Positions 9,839 to 19,955 are shown, counted from the first letter of the stretch. The stretch is 64,000 bases of DNA from Vicinamibacterales bacterium (GCA_025456345.1 JALOKU010000001.1:147758-211757); one strand, 5' to 3'. Program-made: numbers and translations. Notes: generated from the sequence alone by a model not told the origin.

Positions 9839-10366
9839 ATGATTCGCGCGGTTGCCGGTTTCGTCGCGTTCTACGTGTGCTGGCTCGCCTGCGTCGGCGG
9901 CGCGGCGCGCGGCCTGCCGTGGCTCGGGCCGCTGGCCGTGGCCGCGTACGTCGTCGCCCACCTGCGCACGATTCCGTGGGGCGCGGCACGAATGCGTCAC
10001 GCCCGGCTGCTCGGCCTGGCGGGCGTTGTCGGCTACGCGGCCGACTCCGTCCTCGTGCTCACCGGGGTGCTGAGATTCCCGCCGCAGGCCGTGCTCGGCT
10101 GGCCGTCCACGGCGTGGATGGTCGCGCTCTGGGTGCTCCAGGCCGCGGTGCTGGGCGGCGTGATGTCGTGGCTGCAGAGCCGCTTCGGGCTGGCCGCCGT
10201 CGCCGGCGCGATTGGCGGCCCGCTGGCGTATCTGGCCGGCGAGCGGATGGGCGCGGCCGTGCTTGGGCCGACGCAAGCCGTTGCGCTGGCGGTAATTGCG
10301 GCCGAGTGGGCGCTGGCGATGCCGCTGCTGGTGTGGCTGGACGAACGCGCACGCCTCGCGCCGTGA
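9839..10366 (+). CDS. DUF2878 family membrane protein
   Basis: Roughly 4-5 TM small protein. Composition and its position next to a lipid-modifying gene fit DUF2878. Assigned from memory of the family only. Confidence 0.55.
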   Translation: MIRAVAGFVAFYVCWLACVGGAARGLPWLGPLAVAAYVVAHLRTIPWGAARMRHARLLGLAGVVGYAADSVLVLTGVLRFPPQAVLGWPSTAWMVALWVLQAAVLGGVMSWLQSRFGLAAVAGAIGGPLAYLAGERMGAAVLGPTQAVALAVIAAEWALAMPLLVWLDERARLAP

Positions 10367-10766
10367 GGCGGGAATGCCCCGTCTCACGCGCGAAGCCTAG
10401 CGGAGGGGTAGCGTGACCTTTGGTATCGACACCAGCGCCAGGATCAGGGCAGCCATGACGGCGACAACCAGCGGCCGATATCTTCCCAGCCTGCTGTCGA
10501 CGGTCCCCTCGATACGGGCACCAGCATCAACCGAACGGGCGCCAACCATGCTCCGCTGAGAAGCAAAGGGGGTGCCAGGTCGAATCGCCCCGCATCCCTG
10601 GATTCCGCGAGCCTGACGCGCGGCCGCCTCCGGCACGCCCGCCTGGCGTGCCTCGTATCCGGACACCCTGCCCAGCAGAACGTGACACTTGCCAGGATCG
10701 ATGGTACGCGCGGCCCGCGTCGGCCCACTCCCGCCGGGGGAACGGGTGGAGACGCCGTTGCGCCGG

Positions 10767-11999
10767 TCAGGCCAGGCGACTGGAGATGAGACGCTTGAGG
10801 CAGCCGGCCAGCCGGCCGACGCCTTCCCGGATCTTCTCCGGCGTGGCGTTCGAGAAGTTCAATCTCGCCGTGTTGCGGCCGGTGCCGTCGGTGAAGAAGG
10901 ACTCGCCGGGCACGAAGGCCACGCGCGTCGCGACGGCGGCCCTCAGCACCTCCGCGGCATCCATCCACTCGGGGAACGTCAGCCACAAGAACAACCCGCC
11001 CTGCGGCCGCGTCCACGTGATGCCCGGCGGGAAATCGCGATCGAGCGCGGCCAGCATCGTGTCGCGCCGCTCGCGGTAGATGGCCCTGATCACCTTCACG
11101 TGCTCGTTCAGGAACCCGCCTTTGGCCACTTCGTGCGCGGCGATTTGGGCCAGCGTGCTCGTGTGCAGGTCCGTGCCCTGCTTGGCCTGCACGAGCTTCT
11201 GGATGACCTCGGCCGGCGCGATGATCCAGCCGAGGCGGATGCCCGGCGCCAGGATCTTCGAGAACGTGCTCAGGTAGATCACGTTGCCGCTGTAGCGGAC
11301 GCCATCCGTCGAGCGGAATTCGGAATCGAGGTGCACAATCGGCGGCACGTGCTCGCCCTCGTAGCGCAGCTGCCCGTACGGGTCGTCCTCGAGGATTGGC
11401 ACGCCATAGTGGTCCGCCAGTTCGATCAGGCGCTTCCGCCGCTCGAGCGACATCGTGATCCCGCTCGGGTTCTGGAAGTTCGGCAGCGCGTAGATGAACT
11501 TCGGGCCCGACCGGATCTTGGCTTCGAGCGACGCGGTGACGTACCCGTCGTCGTCGATGTCCGCCGCGACGAATTCCGCCTGGTACGCGTTCCACGCCTG
11601 GAGCGCGCCGAGATAGGTCGGCCGCTCCACCAGGATGTGATCGCCCGGGTTGATGAACACCTTGCCGATGAGGTCCAGCGCCTGCTGCGATCCGCTCGTG
11701 AGCAGGACGTTCTCGGGTTCGACGTTGATGCCGTACCGCGTCGAGTGGCGCGCGATCATCTCCCGCAGCGGTGTGTAGCCCTCGGTCGTCCCGTACTGCA
11801 GCGCCCGGGCCCCGTGGGAGGCCATGACGGTGCCAAGCGCCCTGGTGAACTCTTCCACCGGGAACGTCTCGGGCGCGGGGAGGCCCCCCGCGAACGAGAT
11901 CACATCAGGCTGCTCGGTCAGCTTCAGGAGTTCGCGAACGGCGGAACTCCGCATCCGCTGTGTCCGCTGCGCGTACCGCTCTGCCCACGGGGTTTGCAT
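10767..11999 (-). CDS. PLP-dependent aminotransferase, class I/II (LysN / 2-aminoadipate transaminase-like)
   Basis: SSAVRELLKLTEQPDVISFAGGLPAPETFP N-terminal signature. PLP-lysine motif YLSTFSKILAPGIRLGW. Confidence 0.85.
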   Translation of the reverse strand: MQTPWAERYAQRTQRMRSSAVRELLKLTEQPDVISFAGGLPAPETFPVEEFTRALGTVMASHGARALQYGTTEGYTPLREMIARHSTRYGINVEPENVLLTSGSQQALDLIGKVFINPGDHILVERPTYLGALQAWNAYQAEFVAADIDDDGYVTASLEAKIRSGPKFIYALPNFQNPSGITMSLERRKRLIELADHYGVPILEDDPYGQLRYEGEHVPPIVHLDSEFRSTDGVRYSGNVIYLSTFSKILAPGIRLGWIIAPAEVIQKLVQAKQGTDLHTSTLAQIAAHEVAKGGFLNEHVKVIRAIYRERRDTMLAALDRDFPPGITWTRPQGGLFLWLTFPEWMDAAEVLRAAVATRVAFVPGESFFTDGTGRNTARLNFSNATPEKIREGVGRLAGCLKRLISSRLA

Positions 12000-12754
12000 G
12001 TCTCACCTTCACGTGTGTCGTCGGGGTAGTACACCCGTTCGAGGAACAGCCCTGATGCCGGCGCCGCCAGCGCCGCCGACTCGCCGGAGGCCTCCGCCAG
12101 CATGCGAGGCACGTCCGCCGGCTTCAGCTCGCGCCGCCCGACGGCCACCAGCACGCCGACCATCCGCCTGACCATGCGCCACAGGAAGTGCGAGCCGACC
12201 ACGCGGATGAGCAGCAGCGGCGGCTCGTCGAGGATCTCGACACGATCGACCTGGACCTTCGAAGACGCCTCTTCGCGGTCGTCGGCCGAGAAGCCGCGGA
12301 AGTCCTTGAGGCCCACGAACGCCGCGGCAGCCTCGCGCATCGCCGTCACGTGCAGATCCTCGCGGACCCACCAGACGTAGGGCTTCGCGAACGCGGTGCG
12401 CCGCCGGGCGATCTGGTAGAGATAGCTGCGCGCGACGGCGTCGTGCCGCGCGTGGAAGCGCTGCGGCGCGCGGACCAGGTCGAGGATGTTGATGTCGGCC
12501 GGCAGTTCGTCGTTGATGCGCCACGCGAGCGTGGCCGCGTCCAGCCGCGTGTCGAGCTGCAGGTGAGCGACCTGCGCAAGTGCGTGCACGCCCGCGTCGG
12601 TGCGCCCGGCCCCGTACAACTCGAAGCTCCGCACGCCGGTCACGGCCGTGATGGCGCGCTCGATTTCCCCGGCCACCGTCCGGGCGTTCTTCTGGATCTG
12701 CCACCCGCTGTAGCGAGTGCCGGCGTATTCGATGGTGAGCGTGAAGCGCGGCAT
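11924..12754 (-). CDS. truA: tRNA pseudouridine(38-40) synthase
   Basis: Start at MPRFTLTIEYAGTRYSGWQIQ. Catalytic-Asp motif GAGRTDAGVHA. The 3' end overlaps the downstream aminotransferase ORF by 76 nt. Confidence 0.9.
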   Translation of the reverse strand: MPRFTLTIEYAGTRYSGWQIQKNARTVAGEIERAITAVTGVRSFELYGAGRTDAGVHALAQVAHLQLDTRLDAATLAWRINDELPADINILDLVRAPQRFHARHDAVARSYLYQIARRRTAFAKPYVWWVREDLHVTAMREAAAAFVGLKDFRGFSADDREEASSKVQVDRVEILDEPPLLLIRVVGSHFLWRMVRRMVGVLVAVGRRELKPADVPRMLAEASGESAALAAPASGLFLERVYYPDDTREGETCKPRGQSGTRSGHSGCGVPPFANS

Positions 12755-12838
12755 TGTTGGTTCAGCTATGCTACAGGAACCCGGTTGCCGTGTGCAGCCG
12801 CCCACAGGGTCCGAGCCGTCGAGGAGGCCGCTTTCGTC

Positions 12839-14521
12839 ATGACCGCCGCCGCACGTCGAGCCGCCGCCGCCATCGTCCTGATTCTCACCGCTGCCGCCGC
12901 TCATGCGGCCCCGGCCCAGCCGCCGAAGCTGGTCGTCCTCATCGTGGTCGACCAGATGCGCGGCGATTACGTCGCCCGGTACGGGTCCCAGTGGATCGGT
13001 GGATTACGCAGGCTGGTCGATGGCGGGGCGTGGTTCCGCCGCGCGGCCTATCCCTACCTGACCACCGTGACCTGCGTCGGCCACGCGACGGTGTCCACCG
13101 GGGCCTTCCCCCGCACCCACGGCCTTGTCGGCAACGCGTGGTTCGACCGCGACCTCGGCCGCAGTACCGGCTGCACGTTCGATCCCGGCCTCACCACGAT
13201 CAGCTACGCCTCGCCGGTTGCCGGAGGCGAGGGGCCGTCGCGCCTCCGTGCGGCGACGCTCTCGGACGAGCTTCGGGCGCAGCTGCCCGTGCCGGCCCGC
13301 GTCGTGACGATGTCGATCAAGGAGCGCACGGCGATCACCCTCGCGGGCCTTCGCGCCGACGCGGCGACGTGGTTCAACCCCGCCGCCGGCGGTTTCGTGA
13401 CCTCGTCGGCGTATACGTCGGCCCCGGTGCCGTTCGTCGCGGCGTTCACCAAGGCCAATCCGGTCACTGCGGACCTCGGAAAGGTGTGGACGCGGATGCT
13501 GCCGGCCGGGCGGTACCTGTTCGCCGACGCGGGGCGAGGCGAGAAGCCGCCGGCGTTCTGGTCCGCCGGGTTCCCGCACGCCCTCGAGGCGAAGGGCGAG
13601 GTGCCCGACGCGCAGTTCTTCGAAGCCTGGGAGTCCAGCCCGTTCTCGGACGACTACCTCGGGCGCCTCGCGATCGCCTCGGTCGACGCCCTGAAACTGG
13701 GGCAGGGCACAGGGACGGATTTCCTGGGGATCAGTTTCTCGGCCCTCGACCTGGTCGGCCACGACTTCGGGCCGACCAGCCACGAGGTGCAGGACACGCT
13801 GGCCCGCCTCGACCGCACCATCGGCGCGCTGCTGGACCACCTCGACCGGACCGCCGGCGCCGGCAACTACGTCGTCGCGCTCACCGCTGACCACGGCGTC
13901 GCGCCGATTCCGGAACAGGCGGCGGCGTTCGGGATCGATGCGGGCCGTCTCGACGCCGCGCTCGTCCGCCAGGCGGCGCAGCGCGCCCTCGAAGCGGCGC
14001 TGGGACCCGGCACGTACACGGTGCGCAGCCAGTATTCGGACCTGATCCTCGAACCGGACGCGGTCGAGCAGCTGCGGCGCGACCCGCGCGCCCTCGACCA
14101 GGTGCTGCGCGCGCTCAGGGCCGTTCCCGGCGTGGCTGCCGCGTTTTTCGCCGAGCAGTTGGACGCGTACGCGGCAGCGGGCGACCGAGACGCGCGCGCG
14201 GCCCTGTTGGGCTACTATCCCGGCCGCAGCGGCGACGTCATCGTCATGCCGCACCCCTACTGGTTCTTCGTGGCGGCTGACGGCACCGCTCAGCCGGGGA
14301 GCGCGACGTCGCACGGGACGATGTACGGCTACGATCAGCAGGTGCCGATCATCTTGTTCGGGAAGGGCATCAAGCCTGGCGAGTACGCCCGCGTCGTGAC
14401 GCCAGCCGACATCGCCCCGACGCTCGCGTTCTTGTGCGGCGTGACGCTGGCCCACGCGGATGGCGAGATCCTCGGCGAGGCCCTCGGGCCCGCGGCACCC
14501 GCCGTTCGGCGAGAGAGGTGA
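12839..14521 (+). CDS. alkaline phosphatase family protein (nucleotide pyrophosphatase/phosphodiesterase type), secreted
   Basis: Signal peptide. LVVLIVVDQMRGDY ... TVTCVGHATVSTGAFPRTHGLVGN matches the metal-binding/nucleophile region of the PF01663 family. Confidence 0.8.
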   Translation: MTAAARRAAAAIVLILTAAAAHAAPAQPPKLVVLIVVDQMRGDYVARYGSQWIGGLRRLVDGGAWFRRAAYPYLTTVTCVGHATVSTGAFPRTHGLVGNAWFDRDLGRSTGCTFDPGLTTISYASPVAGGEGPSRLRAATLSDELRAQLPVPARVVTMSIKERTAITLAGLRADAATWFNPAAGGFVTSSAYTSAPVPFVAAFTKANPVTADLGKVWTRMLPAGRYLFADAGRGEKPPAFWSAGFPHALEAKGEVPDAQFFEAWESSPFSDDYLGRLAIASVDALKLGQGTGTDFLGISFSALDLVGHDFGPTSHEVQDTLARLDRTIGALLDHLDRTAGAGNYVVALTADHGVAPIPEQAAAFGIDAGRLDAALVRQAAQRALEAALGPGTYTVRSQYSDLILEPDAVEQLRRDPRALDQVLRALRAVPGVAAAFFAEQLDAYAAAGDRDARAALLGYYPGRSGDVIVMPHPYWFFVAADGTAQPGSATSHGTMYGYDQQVPIILFGKGIKPGEYARVVTPADIAPTLAFLCGVTLAHADGEILGEALGPAAPAVRRER

Positions 14522-14524
14522 GAC

Positions 14525-15619
14525 GTGCAGACCTTTGCTGACCTGTTCGGCACGGCTCCGGCCCTCGCGGCCGAGGCGCCAGGTCGAGTGAACCTGATCG
14601 GCGAGCACACCGACTACAACGGCGGGTTCGTCCTGCCGACCGTGATTCCCCAGCGGACGCGCGTGGAGCTTGTGCCGCGCCCGGACGCCAACGTGCGGGT
14701 GTGGAGCGCGAACGTCGACGAGGCGCACCGCATGGAGCAGTTCCTGCTGGGGCGGGAGGCCGTCACGCACACCTGGCTCGACTACGTGCAGGGCGTGACC
14801 GTGGCGCTCCGGCAGCGCGGGCTCCACCTGCGCGGCGTTGACATGCGCATCGAGTCCACCGTGCCGATCGGCAGCGGCCTGTCCTCGAGCGCCGCGCTGG
14901 AGGTGAGCGTGGCCCGCGCGCTGCGGGCCGCGTTCGACTTGCGGCTCGATGACGTGGAACTGGCGATGGCAGGGAAGTGGGCCGAGAACGAATTCGTCGG
15001 CGCGCCGACCGGTATCATGGACCAGATGGTCGTGAGCCTGGGCGCGGCCGGTGCGGCGCTGTTTCTCGACACCCGTTCGCTGCACTTCGACCGCGTGCCG
15101 CTGCCGCCCACCGTCGAGCTTGTCGTCATCGACTCCGGCATCAGGCATCGCCTCGTGACCGGCGAGTACGCCACGCGGCGGAGCCAGTGCGAGGAAGCGA
15201 GCCGGCGGCTCCGCGTCCACGAACTGCGGGACGTGCCGGTGGCGAACCTGCCGCAGGTCGAGGCGCTCGACGAGCCCTTCCGCCGCCGGGCCCGCCACGT
15301 CGTCACCGAAGACGATCGGGTGCTGCAGGCCGTGGCCGCGCTGCGCGCCAATGACCCGGCGCAGGTCGGCGAACTCTTCTACGCCTCGCACGCCTCGATG
15401 CGCGACGACTACGAAGTGTCGGTACCGCAGGTGGACGCGCTCGTCGAAATCGCCAGCAGCGAACACGACGTCTACGGCGCGCGGTTGACCGGGGGCGGCT
15501 TCGGAGGGTCGATCGTGGTGCTGGCGAAGCGCGGCAGCGGCCGCGCCGTCGCTGATCGCGTCGCCGAGCGGTACCGGACCGAGTGCGGCGAGACCCCGAC
15601 CGTCCTCCTCCCCGCCTGA
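14525..15619 (+). CDS. galK: galactokinase
   Basis: GTG start. GRVNLIGEHTDYNGGFVLP galactokinase signature. GHMP kinase motif PIGSGLSSSAAL. Confidence 0.9.
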   Translation: MQTFADLFGTAPALAAEAPGRVNLIGEHTDYNGGFVLPTVIPQRTRVELVPRPDANVRVWSANVDEAHRMEQFLLGREAVTHTWLDYVQGVTVALRQRGLHLRGVDMRIESTVPIGSGLSSSAALEVSVARALRAAFDLRLDDVELAMAGKWAENEFVGAPTGIMDQMVVSLGAAGAALFLDTRSLHFDRVPLPPTVELVVIDSGIRHRLVTGEYATRRSQCEEASRRLRVHELRDVPVANLPQVEALDEPFRRRARHVVTEDDRVLQAVAALRANDPAQVGELFYASHASMRDDYEVSVPQVDALVEIASSEHDVYGARLTGGGFGGSIVVLAKRGSGRAVADRVAERYRTECGETPTVLLPA

Positions 15620-15664
15620 CGGGGGACAGGTCCCGTGTCACGCTCGCCGGGGACCAGGTCCGCG

Positions 15665-16825
15665 TCACTCGGGGCGGGCGGGGAGGACGCCGCGGACGGC
15701 GAAAAAGTAGGGGATGGCGAGCGCCGACAGGGCGGCGGCCACGCCGAAGCCGGCCTGGTAACCCGCGACACCGATGATCCAACCCGTGACAAGCGAACCG
15801 GTACCGATCCCGGTGTCGAAAGCGGCAATAAGGGCGCCGAAGGCCGCACCGCGTCTGGCGGCGTCGACACGCTGCAGCAGATACGCGGCATAAACCGGGT
15901 ATGCCGTGCCGTATCCGGCCCCGAAAATGACGGCCGACAGTACCAGCCTCGCCCGGCTCCCGCCGCTCACAAGCACCACCAGCCCGACGGAAATGAGCGC
16001 CAGGCACGGCACGAGCAGCCGAACGTACCCGACGCGGTCGGCAATCCGGCCGAGAAACGGCCTCGTGGCGATGATCGCGAAGCCGACGACGGTCAGATAG
16101 AGTCCTTTGGGCGCCGATCCGATGGCTTCCCCATACATCGCGGCGAAGCTCGTGATGGCGCCGTAGCTGTACGAGTAGAGCATCAGCGTGACCGAGAGCG
16201 CTAAGACGCGCCACTCGATGAGCGGGCCGTGCCCGGCGGACGCCTTCTGCGCGGCGTGCGGCCGCTCTTTCGGCAGCCGCCAGGCGACCACAGCCACGAC
16301 GAGGTTCAGCGCGCCCATGACCGCGCACAGCGTGAACCAGCCGAACTGATAGAGCCAGAAGCCGAAGGTTGGTCCGATGGCCAGCGCGACCACGGACGCG
16401 AGGCCCCAGTACGCGATGCCTTCGGCCCGCCGGGTCGGCGGGAGGATGCCTGTCATGTAGGCCGCCGACGCGGTCAGCACGGCGGACCAGAACACGCCGT
16501 GCACCGCCGTCAGCGCGAGCACCAGGCGGTAGTCCTGGAGCACGGCGTACCCGACGGAGAAGCCCGTGAGCGCCACTGCGCCCACGCGGAGCGTCCGGCG
16601 CAAGCCGAACCGGTCTGCCAGCGCACCCGTGAAGGGTGCGGACACGGCCGACGCGAACGTCAGGCATGCCAGGAACAGCCCGGCGGCGAAGGTATCACCC
16701 CCGAGTTCGCGGATGCGGAACGGCGCGGTGGGGAAGAGCTGAAAGGCGGAGAAGAACACCGCGAACGAGAAGCCGCACATCAGGAAGAAGCGCGGCGTGA
16801 ACAGGCGTTCGCGCGTGACATCCAT
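15665..16825 (-). CDS. MFS transporter
   Basis: 12-TM profile. GALADRFGLRRTL loop 2-3 motif typical of MFS. Confidence 0.85.
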   Translation of the reverse strand: MDVTRERLFTPRFFLMCGFSFAVFFSAFQLFPTAPFRIRELGGDTFAAGLFLACLTFASAVSAPFTGALADRFGLRRTLRVGAVALTGFSVGYAVLQDYRLVLALTAVHGVFWSAVLTASAAYMTGILPPTRRAEGIAYWGLASVVALAIGPTFGFWLYQFGWFTLCAVMGALNLVVAVVAWRLPKERPHAAQKASAGHGPLIEWRVLALSVTLMLYSYSYGAITSFAAMYGEAIGSAPKGLYLTVVGFAIIATRPFLGRIADRVGYVRLLVPCLALISVGLVVLVSGGSRARLVLSAVIFGAGYGTAYPVYAAYLLQRVDAARRGAAFGALIAAFDTGIGTGSLVTGWIIGVAGYQAGFGVAAALSALAIPYFFAVRGVLPARPE

Positions 16826-16972
16826 GAAGGCCTCAGTCTACCATCCGCCTGACCGGCCCCCCGGACCGGGCGGCCCTGAAACGCCAGGGGGCCTCCCGTC
16901 GTATAGGAGGAGGCGCCCGTGGTGTCGCTACTCTCGGGCGGCGCTCCCTCTCCAGGAAAGGACCGATTCGCG

Positions 16973-19954
16973 ATGACAAGACCCATGCGCGCCTTCGTAC
17001 TGTCCGGCCTGGTCTTCGGCCTCGCCGCGCTGCTTGCCGGCGGCCTCGAGGCCCAGGCGCCCGTTCAGCCGGCGGCTCCGCAGGCGGCTCCCCAGCCGCA
17101 GGCCCCGCCGCCGCCTCCGCCCATCAACGAGTCGACGGATCCGGTGCTCAAGACGTTCCGGTGGCGGTCGATCGGGCCGGCGAACATGGGCGGCCGCATC
17201 GACAACTTCGCTGTCGTCGCGTCGAACCCGTCGACCTACTACGTCGGGTACGCGACGGGCGGGATCTTCAAGACCGTGAACAACGGCACGACGTTCGAGC
17301 CGGTGTTCGACGTGTACACGACCGCCTCGATCGGCGACATCGCGGTGGCGCCCTCCGACCCGAACATTCTCTACGTCGGCACGGGCGAGCCGAACAACAG
17401 GCAGAGTTCGTCGTTCGGCGACGGGATGTACAAGTCCACCGACGCCGGCAGGACGTTCGTCAACATCGGCCTGAAAGACACCCAGTCGATCGCGCGCGTG
17501 GTCGTGCACCCGACGAACCCGAACATCGTGTACGTGGCCGCCGTCGGCCACCTGTTCGGGCCGAACAAGGAACGCGGCCTCTTCAAGACGATCGACGGCG
17601 GGAAGACGTGGACCAACACCAAGTTCATCGATGAGGACACCGGGTTCATCGACGCGGTGATGGATCCGGCGAAGCCCGACACGCTGTACGCGGCCTCCTA
17701 CCAGCGTCGCCGGACGCCGCACGGCTTCAACGGCGGCGGTCCGGGCAGCGGCCTCTGGAAGACGACCGACGGCGGCAGGACGTGGCAGCGGATCACGGGC
17801 AGCGGCTTCCCGGACGGGCTGCTCGGGCGCATCGGCATCGATCTCTGCCGGACCCGGCCGAACGTCGTCTATGCCCAGATTGAAGTCGGCCCGAGCGGCG
17901 GGACCGGCGCGGGCGTGGGCGCGGACGGCAAGCCCACCGCGCCGGGCGCCGGCCGGGCCGGACAGGCCGGAGCCGCAGCAGGAGCGCAGGCAGGCCGCGC
18001 GGCGCAGGCGGGCGCACCGCCTCCTCCGCCCGACCCCAAGCGCAGCGGAGTCTGGCGCTCGGACGATGCGGGGAAGACGTGGAGGGTCGTGAGCAACACC
18101 AACGACCGGCCGATGTACTACAGCAAGATCCGCGTCGATCCCAGCAATCCGGACGTCGTCTTCCTCGGCGGCGCGCCGGCGTTCAGGTCGCTCGACGGCG
18201 GCAAGACGTTCCGCACCCTGCAGAACCTCGCGCACAGCGACCACCACGCGATCTGGATCAACCCGAAGAACCCGAAACACGTGATGTACGGGAACGACGG
18301 CGGCCTCAACGTGAGCTACGACCAGGGCGACACCTGGGACTTCATCAACACGAAGGCCACCGGGCAGTTCTATGCGATCAGCGCCGACATGCGGAAACCG
18401 TACTTCGTGTGCGGCGGCCTGCAGGACAACGGCTCGTGGTGCGGGCCGAGCGCCAAGCGCAACTCGGTGGGCATTCTCAACTCGGACTGGTTCCGGGTGG
18501 GCGGCGGCGACGGCTTCTACACGCAGCAGGACCCCACCGACTGGGCGGTTGTCTACGCCGAGTCGCAGGACGGCGCGGTGAACCGCCTCGACCTGCGCCG
18601 GGGCACGACGACGAGCATTCGTCCCCGCCCGGCGCGCGCGGCGGGGCAGGGCGGGCCCTCGCCGGAACAGCTGGCGCAGATGGCGGCGCAGTTCGGCATG
18701 CAAGCGCCGAGCACCGCGTCCAACGTGGTGCCCGAGCCGCCGGCCGGCACGGCGTTCCGCTTCTTCTGGAACACGCCGACGGTGCTCTCGCCGCACAACC
18801 CGAACATCGTGTGGGTGGGCGGCAACCGGCTGTTCAAGTCGCTGAATCGCGGCGAGACCTACACTATGTCGCAGGATCTCACCCGCGACCTGAGCCGGTT
18901 CACCCGGCCCATCATGGGCGTCGCCGGCGATGCGCCCATGGCGTCGAAACACGACGGCGTGGCGACGACCTCGGTCATCACCACCGCGGCGGAGTCGCCG
19001 ATCGTCCCCGGCCTCGTGTGGGTGGGGACCAACGACGGCAACCTGCAGGTCAGCCGTGACGGCGGCCACTCGTGGAAGAACGTCGTGGCCAACGTCAAGG
19101 GCGTGCCGGACGAGACGTTCGTCTCGCGGGTTGAGCCTTCGCACTTCGACGCGGGCACGTGCTACGTGGCGTTCGACGGTCATCGGACCAATGACCACGC
19201 GCCATACGTGTACGTCACCAGGGACTTCGGGGAGACGTGGACCGCCATCACGAACAACCTCCCGACAGGCAACGTGAATGTCGTGCGCGAGGACCCGAAG
19301 AACCGGAGCCTGCTCTACGTGGGCACCGAGTACGCGCTGTTCGTCTCGCTGGACGGCGGCAAGGCGTGGCAGCGCTTCTCAACCGGGCTGCCGACGGTGC
19401 GGATCGATGACATCCTGGTGCACCCGCGCGACAACGATCTCATCCTCGGCACGCACGGCCGGAGCATCTGGATCCTCGACGACATCAGCGCGCTCCAGCA
19501 ACTCACCGACGAGGCCCGGAAGGCCGACGTGACGCTGTTCGCCCCGCGCCCCGGTGTCGCGTGGCGGAACGACATCACGCAGAGCATCACCGCGGGCGGC
19601 AGCAAGCACTTCCGTGGCGAGAACCCGGCGCCGGGCACGGCCATCAGCTACTACCTGAAGAGCGCGCCGGCCGGGGACGTCAAGCTCACCATCACCGACG
19701 TGACGGGCCGCGTGGTCCGCGAGATCGCCGGAACGAAGGACGCCGGGCTCAACCGCGTCCAGTGGAACCTGCGCGGCGGCCCCGCTCAAGGCGGCGCCGG
19801 CGGCCGTGGTGCCGGTGGCGGCCAGGCGGGCGGCGGCGGTGGCCGCGGCGGGTTCGGCGGGCCGGCCGTCGAGCCGGGCACCTACCTGCTGAAGCTCACC
19901 GTCGGCGGGAAGGACTACACGCAGAAGCTCGTGGTGGAGGCGGACACGTACTAG
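16973..19954 (+). CDS. secreted BNR/sortilin (VPS10)-like repeat protein with FlgD-Ig-like C-terminal domain
   Basis: Start at MTRPMRAFVLSGLVFGLAALLAG (signal peptide). Repeated SxDxGxTW BNR motifs (STDAGRTF, TIDGGKTW, TTDGGRTW, SDDAGKTW, SLDGGKTF, SRDGGHSW, SLDGGKAW). C-terminal ...KLTITDVTGRVVREI...GTYLLKLTVGG. Confidence 0.8.
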   Translation: MTRPMRAFVLSGLVFGLAALLAGGLEAQAPVQPAAPQAAPQPQAPPPPPPINESTDPVLKTFRWRSIGPANMGGRIDNFAVVASNPSTYYVGYATGGIFKTVNNGTTFEPVFDVYTTASIGDIAVAPSDPNILYVGTGEPNNRQSSSFGDGMYKSTDAGRTFVNIGLKDTQSIARVVVHPTNPNIVYVAAVGHLFGPNKERGLFKTIDGGKTWTNTKFIDEDTGFIDAVMDPAKPDTLYAASYQRRRTPHGFNGGGPGSGLWKTTDGGRTWQRITGSGFPDGLLGRIGIDLCRTRPNVVYAQIEVGPSGGTGAGVGADGKPTAPGAGRAGQAGAAAGAQAGRAAQAGAPPPPPDPKRSGVWRSDDAGKTWRVVSNTNDRPMYYSKIRVDPSNPDVVFLGGAPAFRSLDGGKTFRTLQNLAHSDHHAIWINPKNPKHVMYGNDGGLNVSYDQGDTWDFINTKATGQFYAISADMRKPYFVCGGLQDNGSWCGPSAKRNSVGILNSDWFRVGGGDGFYTQQDPTDWAVVYAESQDGAVNRLDLRRGTTTSIRPRPARAAGQGGPSPEQLAQMAAQFGMQAPSTASNVVPEPPAGTAFRFFWNTPTVLSPHNPNIVWVGGNRLFKSLNRGETYTMSQDLTRDLSRFTRPIMGVAGDAPMASKHDGVATTSVITTAAESPIVPGLVWVGTNDGNLQVSRDGGHSWKNVVANVKGVPDETFVSRVEPSHFDAGTCYVAFDGHRTNDHAPYVYVTRDFGETWTAITNNLPTGNVNVVREDPKNRSLLYVGTEYALFVSLDGGKAWQRFSTGLPTVRIDDILVHPRDNDLILGTHGRSIWILDDISALQQLTDEARKADVTLFAPRPGVAWRNDITQSITAGGSKHFRGENPAPGTAISYYLKSAPAGDVKLTITDVTGRVVREIAGTKDAGLNRVQWNLRGGPAQGGAGGRGAGGGQAGGGGGRGGFGGPAVEPGTYLLKLTVGGKDYTQKLVVEADTY

Positions 19955-19955
19955 A

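Noticed and set aside
10397-10666. 89-aa minus-strand ORF in the convergent gap.
   Set aside because: The long version has non-coding-like composition. Only the last 50 codons (TM helix) are plausible, and their codon usage is atypical. Not enough support to call a CDS.
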